From NCBI GenBank assembly GCA_012295275.1, contig CM022677.1:24366001-24430000 (forward strand): a DNA stretch of 64,000 nucleotides. The letters run 5' to 3'. The notes below the pieces were generated by a model, which did no database searches, had not been told where the DNA came from, and saw only the letters and a program-made list of their open reading frames with translations. How positions within the stretch are numbered: the first letter of the stretch is position 1; each line of letters begins with the position of its first letter. The translations under genes and the position numbers were made by a program. Source of the stretch: Chrysomallon squamiferum. Lineage: Eukaryota > Animalia > Mollusca. Shown here one piece after another: positions 63,781 to 64,000 of the stretch.

Positions 63781-64000
63781 TAAAACTGTCAAGACATGAC
63801 ACTCTACTGCAGGTAACTAAAACTGTCAAGTGATGACACTCTATTACAGGTAACTAAAACTATCAAGTGATGACACTCTACTGCAGGTAACTAAAACTGT
63901 CAAGTCATGACACTCTATTACAGGTAACTAAAACTATCAAGTGATGACACTCTACTGCAGGTAACTAAAACTGTCAAGTCATGACACTCTATTACAGGTA
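63744..64000. repeat. 37-bp tandem repeat derived from module B, about 7 copies, running off the window end
   Basis: TAAAACTGTCAAGTGATGACACTCTACTGCAGGTAAC at a period of 37 (63744, 63781, ...). Confidence 0.92.

Overview
AT-rich, microsatellite-dense genomic DNA from an invertebrate animal (probably a lophotrochozoan such as a mollusc; the taxon is an inference). It carries four + strand gene units. (1) A multi-exon Smad2/3 gene (coding exons 9140-17462, C-terminal SSMS; the first coding exon is not in the window). The acceptor plus first 52 nt of its MH1 exon, which encode the DNA-binding beta-hairpin, are tandemly repeated about 10 times. (2) An isolated F-type lectin half-domain exon (27981-28223), followed by an exon-less ghost duplicate of the Smad 3' region and downstream flank (~28500-34130). 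(3) A four-exon, 99-aa NMES1/C15orf48 (NDUFA4/B12D family) gene (36717-39646) that the ORF track misses. (4) Two tandem caspase-8-like genes with single-exon coding regions and an unusual prodomain containing about 40-45 acidic 9-aa repeats. The first (44708-47038) is intact and starts with a myristoylation-type motif. The second (58357-60823) is frameshifted only in the catalytic domain and is preceded by an amplified array of putative promoter/first-exon cassettes. Also present: decayed Tx1/L1-like LINE fragments, several minisatellites and a 200-N assembly gap. All comparisons were made by eye, with no database searches.
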